Notes under the pieces: generated by a model
Told to the model about the DNA's origin: nothing
Databases searched by the model: none
The model's input: only the letters and a program-made list of their open reading frames with translations
Assembly (NCBI RefSeq): GCF_963506605.1
Contig: NC_083285.1
Coordinates: 26,722,001 to 26,786,000, forward strand
Reading direction: 5' to 3'
DNA: 64,000 nucleotides
From: Zootoca vivipara
Taxonomy: Eukaryota
Shown here: positions 1-11,756 of the stretch, in pieces
How positions within the stretch are numbered: position 1 is the first letter of the stretch
Layout: every line of letters begins with the position of its first letter
Made by a program: the position numbers and the translations under genes

Positions 1-169
1 GCCTAAACTGACAAATGTCTTAACTGTGCTCTATTATCTTCTATTATCTAGGCCAGCCCCCTAAATATTCCTGGTAAATTAGAGTATTAAAGTATTAAAG
101 TCTGGTGCCCCCTTTTTAAAATTTATGTATACCACTACTGCACCCTGTGTTTTGTTAGCCCTAAAACGG

Positions 170-552
170 AAAATGTGCGAGGCCCCAAACAAAGAAGAAT
201 GGTAACTTAAGTTGACAGAATATGTGCACCTTGCAGACTTAACATATAGAATGAGAGAACAAGAAGAACATGCGTTTAGAGAAGATTGGAAAACATCTAT
301 TGAATATATGGGAAATAACTGTGTACAGCTGAAAAGGCTGGCAGCATTAAGATAAATTCCAACAGTGTAAATAAGTTTTTATGGATGTAACAATGGATTA
401 CTGAAGGGCATAGTTATTGTAAAATATGCAGGGATTTATGATATGCAAAATGAACCCAAGAAGGGAAGTCATTGATAGCTTAAGGATGTAAAAATGAGTG
501 CTTTAAATGGTAAAACAGAACAATTAATAAAAATTAAATATATAAAAAAATA
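170..552 (+). mobile_element. L1-type LINE 3' fragment (ORF2 end, 3' UTR, A-rich tail)
   Basis: Degenerate ORF2 C-terminus (..LADLTYRMREQEEHAFREDWKTSIEY..) resembles the end of the L1 ORF at 41009-41753; ends in an A-rich tail near 520-552. Confidence 0.65.
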
Positions 553-1589
553 AAGTCTAGCGCCTCCTTCCCAAAACCCAGGAAGCTTCTGCCCAGCTTA
601 CGGAGGGAGGCGCAATGCTCCGACTGAGTCCATGAGTTCTCCCGTCACCTTCCCAAAACCTGCCCCGCTTTGGGAAGCCGGCAGGAGGGCTCCTGCATCC
701 TGTCAGAGACCTGGTGCCTCCTCCCCAAAATCTAGTTTAGGGAGGGCAGCACTACGCCCATGTACGTGCCGTTGGCCCCCCACATTCGCCTCTGGCCCTA
801 ACTGGCGCCTCTGGCCCTAATTGTTTCCCTATGATAGATTTCACCGCATGCTACTGGTTTTCTTCCTTGGTTGAAAAAGTGAGAGAGGTTTTGCAGCAAA
901 CAGAGCCTCGTGCTCTTGACCCAGGGACAGGGAGCTGCCCAGGTGGGTAGGAATAGACGCCTGCAGGACACAGGGTATGCTCATTTCCTCCCAGTACGGC
1001 TAAGCACAAGACTTTTCAAGCTTGAGTCATGGCACCTGAGTGACATTTGTGGTTGGGCAGTCAGACCAGTATATAGTCAAGAAGAGAGAGGTGTTCCATT
1101 CATCCCGCACACATATCTATCCCATATGATCATTTGATTAAGAGATGGGGAACCCCAGGCCTGGAGGCCAAATGTAGTCCTACAGGACCACCTGACCACA
1201 GGAGCACCCCCTAGGCTGGGATCTTTCCTTTGGTGACTCACATGTCCAGCTCTGCATTCTCTTAAACCTACCCAACAAGAACACTGCAAGTACTAGGGCC
1301 CAGTGACGGAGAGAGAAGCTAGTGGCAGTAGGTCACACCTGGAAGAAGTATCATTATCTGTCTCTACAATGAGAACTTCAGATTTCTAACCACATTTAAT
1401 GGAATTCTTTGAAATAAACATCACCCCTGAAGTAACTCGGCCAATTATCTGCAATAAGCAAAATCATATACAGTGTGAGAAAAATGATCATTCAAAAAGC
1501 TTCAGAATTCTAAGAATAAGCAAGAATTGCAGCCAGTAAAATAGATGACTGAACTTGTGTACCTTCATAAGTAGGATCAAACAGTATAT

Positions 1590-1980
1590 GGAGTCATAGA
1601 ATTGCAGATTTGGAAGGTCATCTAGTCCAATGCAGGAATCTCAACTTAAGACATCCAGTCTCTGCTTAAAAACAGAGTCCACCACCTTCTGAGGGAGTCC
1701 TTTCCACAGTTAAACAGCTCTCACTGTCAGACATTTCTTGCTGATGTTTAACCAGAATCTCCTTTCTTGTAATTTGGATCCATTGGTTTGGGGGTCCTAC
1801 CCTCAGGAGCAGGAGAAAACAAGCTTGCTCCATCTTCCATGTGTCAGCCCTTTAGATATTTGAGGATGGCTGTCATATCTCCTCTCAGTCTGCTTTATTC
1901 AGACGAAACATACCCAACTCCCTCATTAGGCTTGGTTTCCAGACTCTTTAGCATGTTGGTTGCCCCTTTCTGCACAAGCT
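1590..1980 (-). mobile_element. CR1 LINE 3' fragment
   Basis: Starts with the reverse CR1 tail (catagaattgcag..ggaagg..catctagtcca); similar to 2723-3260. Confidence 0.7.
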
Positions 1981-1999
1981 ACTAAGGAGCAAATGTGAA

Positions 2000-2700
2000 T
2001 ACTAGGAAAGTTGGAAACCAGAAAACTAAAAGTATCTTCTCAAAGATGAACTGAACATGTAACAGACTTCTAAACTTCCATGTGGGATCTTAAAGGAGGA
2101 GCAAAACTAGAAACTAGTTCCCTGAATCGCATACACAATATCAAAAACGGCACAAGAAATAGCACAACAATTTCAGTGATTCTACCATGATCTTTACTCA
2201 TCCCAGAATCCTTCTGAAGCAGTAATTAATAGGTTTTTAACTGCAGTCTAGCTACCAAAATATAACCGTACCAGATTAACAATTCTAGAAGCTCCATTTA
2301 CAGAAGATGATGTAATTAGAACCAATAAGATCAAAACATGAGGACTTGATAGCTTCACCACAGAATTTTACAATAAGTTTAAAGAGTAGTTAAAAACAAA
2401 TAGAATAAATGAATTACTTAACCTAAAGATCATAGACAGAGATGCATAGATACCGTAGTAGAAACAATTCACATTACCCTGCCCCTATCATCTAATATCA
2501 CTCATCAACCAGGACTTTAAAATATGGACAATTATCACTGGAAAAGGTAAAGAATAATATACCCTATGTACTAAGACTAAGCATGCTTTATTAAAAACAG
2601 AAAGACTTACAAACGGTATCACGATAACTCCATTTGCATCACAAGCAATTTCGGATGACAAAAAAACACACCTTTGATAGAGTGGAATGTGGTTTTTGAC
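2000..2700 (+). mobile_element. Decayed L1 ORF2 fragment
   Basis: A-rich; near 2342 it reads GLDSFTTEFYNKFKE, resembling the L1 ORF2 PGPDGF..EFY motif; boundaries approximate. Confidence 0.45.
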
Positions 2701-2722
2701 ACAGAACCTAGGAATAATTTAA

Positions 2723-3260
2723 TCATAAAATAGTAGAGTTGGAATGGACCCCAAGGGTTATCTAATCCAATCCCCTGCACAATACAGGAATCACAGCTAT
2801 CACCCAAGAGATAGCCATCCAACCTCTGCTTAAAAGCCTGCAATGAAGTCCATGAACCCACTGATGTAGCCTGTTCCATTGCCAAACAGCTCTCACTTCC
2901 AGAAAGTTCTCCATCATGTTAAGGCAGAATCTCCTTTCTTGACATTTGAATCCTTTGGTTTGGGTCCTACCCTTTGCACCAGCAGAAAACAAACTTGCTC
3001 CATCCTCCATGTGACAGCCCTTCAGATATTTGAAAATGGCTCGAATAATAATAATAATGATGATGATGATGGTGATGATTTATACTCCGCACATCTGAGA
3101 TATCACATCTCATTCTTCTCTTCTTCAAGCGAAGCATACCCAACTCTCTCAACCATTCCTCATAAGGCTTCTTTTCCAGATCCTTTAGAATCTTACTCAC
3201 TCTGCTCTGCAAATGTTCCAGTTTGTCAATATCCTTATTTTAAACAGTGGTGCCCAGTGG
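2723..3260 (-). mobile_element. CR1 LINE 3' fragment interrupted by an (AAT)n(GAT)n microsatellite at ~3044-3078
   Basis: Minus-strand ORFs give CR1 RT C-terminal motifs (YEEWLRELGM..LKKRRMR, EDGASLFS, FKQRLD); CR1 tail at the left end. Confidence 0.8.
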
Positions 3261-4985
3261 TGCTATTTTTAAATTATCCCTCCCAAGTTCATTTCTCAAG
3301 CACCCTAATTACGTCAACGTATCAAGTAATATTGTAATGAGAGTATTTTGTAGTGCTTGTCTAATAGTATCAGAAAATGATTAATTGAACAATGCATTTT
3401 TATTCAGTCTCCATTGTAATAACGTTGTAATGTTACTCAGTCTCTTAATGTTATTTGCCTTTGAACTTAAAAGAAATGGGAAATAGGACAATGGCATTTT
3501 AGGGGGAACTTCTCAGAGCTAATATGGTTTAAAAACCACAGTGTTCAATATGTAAGCCTATGGTCAACAGCACTAAAGCCCTGAATTATCACTGCTTATC
3601 TTGGTAATATTTAAGACGTGAATAAAAAAGAAACTCATCACAATGTATGAGAGGTTTTTTCAGTTTCACATCAAAAAATGATTTTACCAATCTACAGGTA
3701 GATTATCAATGGTCATGTAATCAGAATGATCTTGTTATTTCACTGGAAGGTTAGCGGTAGTCTTTCAAATTTGGCACATTGTTACCCATTTGATAACTAA
3801 ATGCAGCCACCTTCATGAAAAGCCAATGATAAAGAACTGTATTATCAACCCTAATACTAAAAGACTGGTCCATAAAATGTTTGATTTTCTATCTGACAAT
3901 AAGAACTGGATCACAAGCAAACATCTTTGCCGGAAAAATGGGGGAAAGACCCAAGGACTCTAAGCTTTATGCGAAAACGAGAATGAAAACGAAAACGAGA
4001 ACGGAATTGATTGCTCAATAAAGTCCCGTCAGCGTTAATAATGACAAAACAGAGAAAAACTGTTTTAAAATATCTACCAGTGGCACTTCATTCTGTCTAA
4101 ACTGAGCAAAATGTATCACTTAGCCTCAGATTTATGCTGGTGATGGCAAGCATCAAAGGCAGATTGCACGCATATTTTTTGGACAAAATTTTACAACTAC
4201 CGGTATTATACAAGAGTTTACAAGTTACCATTTTCTTGAGCCTATTCTCAATTAATGTAGTGTTAGCTCCAGAGTCAAGTTGCAACCCTAAACACATTTA
4301 GTAAAGAGCAGGTCTCACTGAACACAGCGAGGCTTACCTTTGAGTAAATGTGCATAACATTATGCTGCATGTTAGCCATGTATTCGATGCACTTGAAATC
4401 AATGAGACTTCCATTAAGCACAACTAACTTCCCCCATTGATATCAATAGATCGGAGGTGTTACTAACTTAGCATGGATCCAACCACTGCAAACAATGTGC
4501 CTATGAATTGTTTGGAATTCTTCTTCTTTTTAATTCCACCTGAAAAATATGTGCCTATTCCCAGAATTTTCCCCAATGCCCTTAAGGCCTTTGTGCAGAT
4601 TCACCATATGTTGTCATGATGTCAAGCTGCACATGTGCGTGTTCATACCAGGCATTCCTATACAATTTGTAGAGGTTTGCTGGGTGTATAGATGCCAGTG
4701 CCCCAATCATTTGCAAATAGTGCTTTGCAAATTTGCCTGCAGAGTAGTTGTCTCAAAGTACCTCCCTCGGAAGAAACTTATTGAATGTATAGTAAAGGCT
4801 GAAGGTGTTAATCTTATCTATGGATGCCACATTGAAGCCACATGCGGACAGGTAACAGCACTGAAATATAAGAGCTAGTGCAACATAGCAAGTAAGGTCA
4901 CAATTCTATGTGGGCTTTTCCCTGCAAGTAATTCCCACTGAAGACAGCGGGGCTTGCTTTCGATTTGTGGAACAGACTCCCACGA

Positions 4986-5120
4986 GTGGTGGTAGATTCT
5001 CTTTCCTTGGAGGCTCTTAAGCAGAGGTTGGGTGGCCATCTGTCATGGATGCTTTAGCTGAGATTCCTGCATTGCAGCGGGTTGGATCAGATGACCCATC
5101 GGGGTCTAAGATTGTATGAT
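4986..5120 (+). mobile_element. CR1 3' terminus
   Basis: ..aagcagaggttgggtggccatctgtc..gattcctgcattgcag..ttggatcagatgacc..attgtatga, CR1 tail consensus. Confidence 0.65.
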
Positions 5121-5921
5121 TAAACATGCATGGGTAGGATGGTGCAGTAAGAGACTGAACCAGCAAGGGCTTCAATGCTTGCCTTTGCCACTCGCTAGAT
5201 AGCTTTAAGCAAGGCACTTTTTCTCAGCTCCAAGCTCAGATCTGTACTGGGGGGTGGGGTAGCAATAGGCTTCATAAGTCAAATAATTAGCCCAGCTACA
5301 TCACTAGCATTTATCCTAACTGGCCACCTCTGCCTGAAGCTGTGCAGTCTGTCCCCCCCCCCATCCTGATTTATTACAGGCGACTTGCAAATATTAAATG
5401 ATTAATATTACTTACATGAAGGGCCTTGTGCACAGGAAAAGCACCTTATGAATGGCAAATGCACTTGTTAAATGCTTTCAAGAATGGAGTGTTATATAAA
5501 GCATAAGATCAGTTATCTTACAAAGCTCTGGGCTGCTATTTTGTCTGCTAAACATTCTAGTTGTGTGCGTGTCTGAAAGGTTTTCAGCACCTTTCCATAT
5601 ACACCTGATAATTTCTGAATGAGATTGTGAGCTATTTTCCACTTTAGGAACAAAGTTTCATAGAAGATGGAGAGGAAGAGAGAGAGAGAGAGAACACTGT
5701 ATACTTGTGCATGTCATAGATGTGATTTATTAATATTTCTTATGACAGGTGATTCAAGGAACCACTTTGTAGTGACTTTCTGGCACATCATTGAAATATT
5801 TTCCGCGAATATTTTCATAAACTAAATATTTGCTCCGGTTAAACATGCAGCTCTTTCCCCCTCACCGGTCAGAAGTTGCGCTGCTCTTTGCCAACTTTTC
5901 CCAATCCCAGACTCTACCTAC

Positions 5922-6061
5922 CCGTCCAGTTGCTTGCCAGGTGAAATTCATAGAGTGAATATTGACCGGGATGGCAGGCATCCTTTGCTGGGCTTTTCTG
6001 AAATCGTGTGTGAAGGGGGCCATCTTCCCCTCAGAAACAATGAGAATATCCTCTTCAAAGC
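5922..6061 (-). CDS. WIF1: Wnt inhibitory factor 1, coding exon 2 (WIF domain)
   Basis: 140 nt; acceptor ttttacag, donor gtaggt; encodes (G)[46 protein letters not shown]; phase-compatible with exon 1. Confidence 0.97.
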
Positions 6062-7127
6062 CTGTAAAACAAAACCAATTAACTCAAAACAGGTGGGAGA
6101 TTATCGTAATGCAGGATGAAAAGCAATTTTTTATTTTTATTTTTTGCAGAAGTTTTCGCAGGCAGGCAGGCAGGCAGGCAGGCAACACTCCTGTGGGGAG
6201 GAGGGGGGCGCTTCTGAAATTTCCTACACGGAAAGCACTTCTATGGAGAGAAAAGGGGGCAAACCTTATGCAGATCGTCCTGCCTGACAACGATGCACAC
6301 GTATCATCGCGTACACAGGCAAGGAAGCCGCAATTGGCCACAGCACACAGATGCTCTGCAACAGGTCCATGTGAGTGAGAGCACCGTGACAATGCATACA
6401 TGTGGCTTTGATTGTGACAGCGTGGGGCTGCTTTCGGTGCGGGAGGGGAGATGCACTCGTGCAATCATCGCACATGATCTACTTGCTGTCCGCCCCTGTT
6501 TCTCCTTGAGCTGCACAGAAGTGCTTTTCCGTGCAGAAAATGTGGCACAGATGAAGAGGCCCCGAGATTTCTCTCTCTTCCGCCCCTTTCCTTTTTTTTC
6601 AGGGCACATATAAGAACTGGAACATTTAAAGAATTCGGCACAAGCTCATGGGCTTCTTCTTCTCTCCCCCCCCAAAGTCCTTACAGAAGAAGAATGCTAA
6701 TCCAGTCAAACTGAAGGCCGACATCCTATGCACATTTATGGGGGAGTAAACCCCACTGAATACTGTGGAAATTAATCAGAATTACCAGACAGGCAGAGGG
6801 CAATTTACCGGTAGCCCCCTTAGCATTTGTGATGGCTGCCTTAGCTTCACTTCCAGAACTTTGTTTAGGAGAGACAGATTGAGCTAAACTTTGGAGGTGG
6901 GCGGGTTAATCAGGTTTCATTAAGGTCCCCCACCCACTTTCTCCTTCATCGTTCCAGCACTGGATTGCTTGCTTCCAATTAAACTGAGCATAGGATCGCT
7001 CTGCAAACACACTTGAACGGCAAGTGGCGCTGGACAGACCTAGGTCCAGCTTTAATGTGAACGGATGAAGCTGGCATCCAATTAGGCAGACTTACTATGT
7101 TTCCAGATGGGAGTGTTTATGGCGAGA

Positions 7128-7266
7128 TCATAGAATGGTGAAGCTGGAAGGGACCACCCCAGGGTCATCTAGTCCAGCCCCCTGCAATGCAGGAATCTTT
7201 TGCCCAATGCAGGGCTCGAACCCATGACCCTGGGATTAAGAGTCACATGCTCCACTAATGGAACTG
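7128..7266 (-). mobile_element. tRNA-Lys-derived SINE with CR1-like 3' tail
   Basis: Minus strand reads a tRNA-Lys(CTT)-like head (gtagagcatgtgactcttaatcccagggtcatgggttcgagcc-like) followed by the CR1 tail ..ctagatgacc..ttctatga. Confidence 0.75.
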
Positions 7267-7647
7267 CAAGTCCAACGCTCCTCCTCACAGCTTCCACACC
7301 ATGGGTGTAGCGGGGAGGGGGCAGGCAGGGGGACGGCTGCACTCCCCTAAACCAAGCAAATAAATAAAAATAATACTTAAAGTAGAAATTGCAGAAAGAT
7401 GTCGAAAATTTTTTTCCTGAGCACTTGGCGTCAAAAGAAAGTAATTTAAAACAACTGTTGTGGAGACCATTCATTCTGAATCTGACGAGCCAGACAGAGG
7501 ATGTTGACAGGTGGGTGGCCCTCCCGTCCCCCCAACATAAATCCCGGCTACGCCCATTCCTCCGTTTGGCGTTCATGTGAATGGATGAAACCGGCATCCG
7601 ATGAAGCAGGCTTTCGCAGCTTCCAGGCGGGGGTGTTGATGGCGAGA

Positions 7648-7779
7648 TCATAGAACGAGAGAGTAGGAAGAGACCCCACCGGGTCATCTAGTATGACCCG
7701 CTGCAACGCAGGGAAAACTTTTTTTGCCCAACGCGGGGCTTGAAACCCACCACCCTGAGAGACGAAGAGTCTCACGCTT
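7648..7779 (-). mobile_element. tRNA-Lys/CR1-tail SINE, second copy (local duplication)
   Basis: Same family and same flank as 7128-7266, offset by 520 nt. Confidence 0.7.
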
Positions 7780-7879
7780 CGCTCCTCCTAGCATACCACG
7801 TCCTGGCACCCTAATGCCAGCTCCCCCACAGGCTCTCATTTACTTTCCCCCATGAAAACCCCCATGACTTTATTGGTGC

Positions 7880-8490
7880 TGCTAATGAACCCGATTGCCA
7901 AACAGCAGCAGCAGCAACCTGTCCGCCCCCCCCCCATCCGCGTGGGCGCTGGGCTCCTCCCGCCGGGCGGGCGCCTTACCTATGAGCACGCGGGCTTGGT
8001 GCGCGTCTATCCACAGGTAGAGTGTGTCCTCTTGGCGCGGGGCGGCGCGCGCAGTCGGCGCGCTCCCCAGGCACAGCCAGAGCGCCAAGCACAAGGCGCC
8101 GCCGCCGCTTCTCCTCCTTCCCCCGGCCATGCGGACGACGGGCAAAGTCCCTCCTTCGTAGAGCTGCTGGCGTGCTGCTCGCTCCGTCCTTCTCCTTCCA
8201 GCACACGCGAGCGAGCGAGCGCTTCTCCCAGCGCCGAGGCGGGCTGCTTGCTTGCTTGCTTTCGCCTGCTGCTGCTGCTGCTGCTGTCGCCCGAGGTGGG
8301 TTTGCCTCTTGGCAGGCGCCGCAGTTGTGAGCGGGACTTCTCCGAGAGGGGGACGTGCCCTTGTGGGTGAGAGAGGGAGAGCGAAGTGAGGGGAGGCGCG
8401 GGGGGGGGGGGGGCGGACGAGAGCGGTGGTGCTCAGCTCCGCCAGGGGGCGCCGTGGCACCGAGGACGGAGAAGCTACTCTGGCCAGGAC
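7880..8490. promoter_or_regulatory. WIF1: WIF1 CpG island / promoter and 5' UTR
   Basis: Very GC- and CpG-rich around exon 1; (CTG)7 at ~8266-8286; G-run at ~8400-8413. Confidence 0.8.
7980..8130 (-). CDS. WIF1: Wnt inhibitory factor 1, coding exon 1 (signal peptide and start of WIF domain)
   Basis: ATG at 8130; MAGGRRRSGGGALCLALWLCLGSAPTARAAPRQEDTLYLWIDAHQARVLI-G; donor ATAG|gtaagg; LYLWIDAHQARVLIG is the WIF1 signature. Confidence 0.95.
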
Positions 8491-8775
8491 GAGATATAGA
8501 TTCATAGAACGATCCCCTCCAACATGAAAATAGGAACACCCTATTCCATCATCAACGTCATCATCATCAACAACAACAACATCATTATCATTCTGCTATT
8601 TATCTGACTCTGTTGTCCCAGACTCGCTGGGCGGTTTCCAACAGATTAAAAAACACAACATTTTAAAAAACAAAACTCCCCTATGCCTTCAGATGGCTAT
8701 AGGGTCTGTTAACGCCCTCCAAAATTTCTCCGATGAAAATAGGGACGTCCTAAGGAAAAGCAGGACATTCTGGAG

Positions 8776-8893
8776 CATGGGCGTAGCCAGGGGGGCAACT
8801 GTCCCCCTAAATCAATCAATACAGAGGTTCTGCCCCCACCAACCAACCAAAGCCTGTCCACCTTCCCCAACAAAAATTCTGGCCATGCCCATG
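8776..8893. mobile_element. Small TIR element nested in an older DNA-transposon remnant (~8710-8975)
   Basis: TIRs CATGGGCGTAGCCAG / CTGGCCATGCCCATG; the host carries repeated aaatagggac motifs. Confidence 0.5.
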
Positions 8894-10724
8894 TTCCAGG
8901 ATCGAATCAGAAACTGGGAGGGCTTCTGTAAAGCCGGGACAGTCCCTGGGAAATAGGGACACTTGGAGGGTCTGTAGAATTGTAGGGTTGGAAAGGCCCT
9001 CAGGCAGGGCCATTTAGTGTCCCACAGCAATCCTTGGGTGGGCTCCAACCACCTTCTGGTTAACAGCCAGATGTACTGAGCCATTGTGCCCCTGGATAAG
9101 TACAATATAAGCTATCATAATAAAGTTTCCTCGGGCCACAACGTAAGACACTGTGCTTCCACCCCTCCTCCTCCCGCCACGCGTGCTTGCAGGCTTCTCT
9201 AAGTAAGTCGTACTCGCAGATGCAGAACCGTTAAATGCCATGCCCTTAGGTGAATTCCTTTTATTTCAATAGGTCGGGTCCGGAGTATAAGATCTTCTTC
9301 ACCCCCTGCAGTTTGGAAGGGGAGGACACCTCGCGAACGCAACAGTAAGCTGGAGCTTCCAGGATGAAGTTTACAGCTGCTTGTGGCAGGTGTCAATCAT
9401 CAGGGTCATTCCGCGCGGTCACTGGGGCTGCGGATTGTCCCTAGGCTTGGAGTGAGAGTTTGTCACTGCATCGTCCAGATTTTCAGGTGGTCTGCGAGCG
9501 CAAGCAGTTTGGCCTTCCCCTCCATCAACTCTCCTAAGTCTGCCCTGGAGGGCTGGAACCCCCAGAACAGATTTTAAGGAGGCACAGGAAGCGCAGAAGA
9601 AGCAGAAAGCCGAATCCCATTGCACAGCCCTAAGGCCTTGCGCTAAGGGGAATCCTTAGCTGGATACCGACCTTGATTTTCCACATACATTAAGAAGTTG
9701 ACAAATGGATGCGCTGGTAGTACATCCATGCCATTATTTAACAGGAGTTTATGCATGCTTAACTGCTGTTGGTGTAATGTGGCCCTCTAGTGGTTTATAT
9801 TCCTAATAACACATTCTGAAGACAATTACTGTACAGTACAGTATTACAATCTTACGCACCTATTGAGTCTCAGTCACAATAAAATAAAGCTGTTTCATTA
9901 CTATGTTACTCATCAGTTGATATCTTGCATTTCCTCCCTCCCCTTAAGAATGCTGCAGACTTTTACACATCTAACCATGGGTTTTTCTTTTTAGCATATG
10001 ATGCTGGTCTAGATTGAAAATCACTCTTGTTTATAAGGAAGGACTTATCTGAGCCGGCTACAGTTTGTAGCATTGAAAGGGAGAATTTTTATGAACAAGT
10101 ACAGTCATACCCCATGAATTCTTAGAAGGACTACTATAATATATTTCCCTTGCTCAGTGTCTACCTATGCTGTCTTAAACATCCTCTAGATGTGTCTCTT
10201 GCAATCATGACACATCACCTTTTAAGTATTTTTCGTTTAGAGAGCACCTGTTACCTTTTCCTAGGAGAAGCGATGCAACATTTCATGTAACAAAATTTAA
10301 AGTAAAAATAAACCTATTACGGTAGCGATAAAGTATCTGTCGACTGCATGTGTAGAATATCTTATTACTGTCTCGCACTGCAACATTCTTAACATTTCCT
10401 AATGCCCAGGCATATAACACAACTGCTAAAAATCCATATAAATCCTAAGTGAAAAGGCATGTAATTAGATACTGGTGGGCAGTCAAACTAAATGGGGAGT
10501 GCTGCACCCCAAATTATTTTGCACATGGGCCCTCAATGAAGTGTCACTGCTACTGGGTAGTCACACTAGTGTTTTGCAAGAAAAAAAATCAGAGAGACCA
10601 GCTAGACTGGTAAAGAAAAAGCAATTTACTGTACAGTATATGTGTTGTATGTGCGATACAACATTGTGCCACCACCAGATGGAGACGTGGAGTCCCGTTT
10701 TTCTCTACCTGTTTTCCCTGTTTA

Positions 10725-10927
10725 AGGTAGGTAGCCGTGTTGGTCTGATGTAGTCGAAACAAAAAATAAAAAAACATTCCTTCCAGTAGCACCTTAGAGA
10801 CCAACTAAGTTTGTCATTGGTATGAGCTTTCGTGTGCATATGAGCTTTCGAAAGCTCATACCTATGACAAACTTAGTTGGTCTCTAAGGTGCTACTGGAA
10901 GGATTTTTTAATTTATTTTTTTGTTTC
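10725..10927. mobile_element. Penelope-like element terminal fragments in inverted (hairpin) arrangement
   Basis: Arms ~10756-10848 and ~10849-10927 are reverse complements; flanking direct repeat tttccctgttt (10713-10723, 10924-10934); same family as 62034-62252. Confidence 0.65.
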
Positions 10928-11172
10928 CCTGTTTTAATTTACAACGCTTTGAACTGAAACACTTCTTTGATGTGTCTATATCCAGCCAGAGTCTTCTAGC
11001 ATCTTAAAACCTATTATTTATTGCTTTTATTTTCTTTATCTATAAATGAACTTGTTAGTTGCAGGTTTATAAATGACCTGCATCATAGGTAAGAGAATAA
11101 GCATGAGTAAAAATATATTTTAACAAAAGCATATTGATATAAAACATATGTACACTGAAACACATGCAATTC

Positions 11173-11176
<4 letters not shown>

Positions 11177-11214
<38 letters not shown>
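11177..11214. repeat. (CA)n microsatellite
   Basis: ~19 uninterrupted AC units. Confidence 0.95.
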
Positions 11215-11216
<2 letters not shown>

Positions 11217-11394
11217 AGCCCCCAACCCCAGCACAACCAACAGGAAACATTGTTGTAGTCAATCAGAAGCTTGGAGCGGGGAGGGGAAAAAAAATCTTTT
11301 TTTTTTAAACCTGCCACTCAAAAGACGTCCGCAAAGGCCCCAGGTGAAGCTCTCTCACTCCACAAATGCGGAGCCACAATTGAAAAGGTCACAT

Positions 11395-11538
11395 CCTGGA
11401 ACAGTTCAGTTGGCAGAGCCCGAAACTCTTAATCTCAGGGTCATGGGCTTGAGCACCACGTTGGGCAAAAAATTTCTGTATTTTAGGGGGTTGGACTAGA
11501 TGACCTGTGTGGTCCTTACTAACTCTGTGATTCTGTGA
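11395..11538 (+). mobile_element. tRNA-Lys/CR1-tail SINE
   Basis: cagttcagttggcagagc..actcttaatctcagggtcatggg..cacgttgggc followed by ttggactagatgacc..attctgtga. Confidence 0.75.
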
Positions 11539-11620
11539 GTGGATCCTTTGTCATTATCCTCCAAGCATCCTTCAAAGCAGGGATCCAGAGAAGGCCTTCA
11601 TTAAGATCTAAGGGTCTAAG

Positions 11621-11756
11621 AAGGATTGGCCAAACTTGGCCCTCCAGATGTTTGGGGACTACAATTCCCATCATCCCTGACCACTGGTCCTGTTAGCTAG
11701 GGATGATGGGAGTTGTAGTCCCAAAACATCTGGAGGGCCAAGTGTGGCCATGCCTG
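11621..11756. mobile_element. ~136-bp palindromic hAT-type MITE (older copy)
   Basis: Same body as 24602-24737 (ccctccagatgttt..actacaa..tagctagggatgatgggagttgtagt..catctggaggg); TSD not clear. Confidence 0.75.

Noticed and set aside
1-5921. WIF1 exon 3 (AEYFYEFLSL.. expected)
   Set aside because: Not found on the minus strand; probably left of the window
7852-8539. Several overlapping 100-200 aa ORFs around WIF1 exon 1
   Set aside because: Stop-poor CpG island; only 7980-8130 matches WIF1 and has a splice donor
11395-11470. tRNA-Lys gene (also 7200-7266 and 7725-7779)
   Set aside because: Degenerate stems and fused CR1 tails show these are SINE heads
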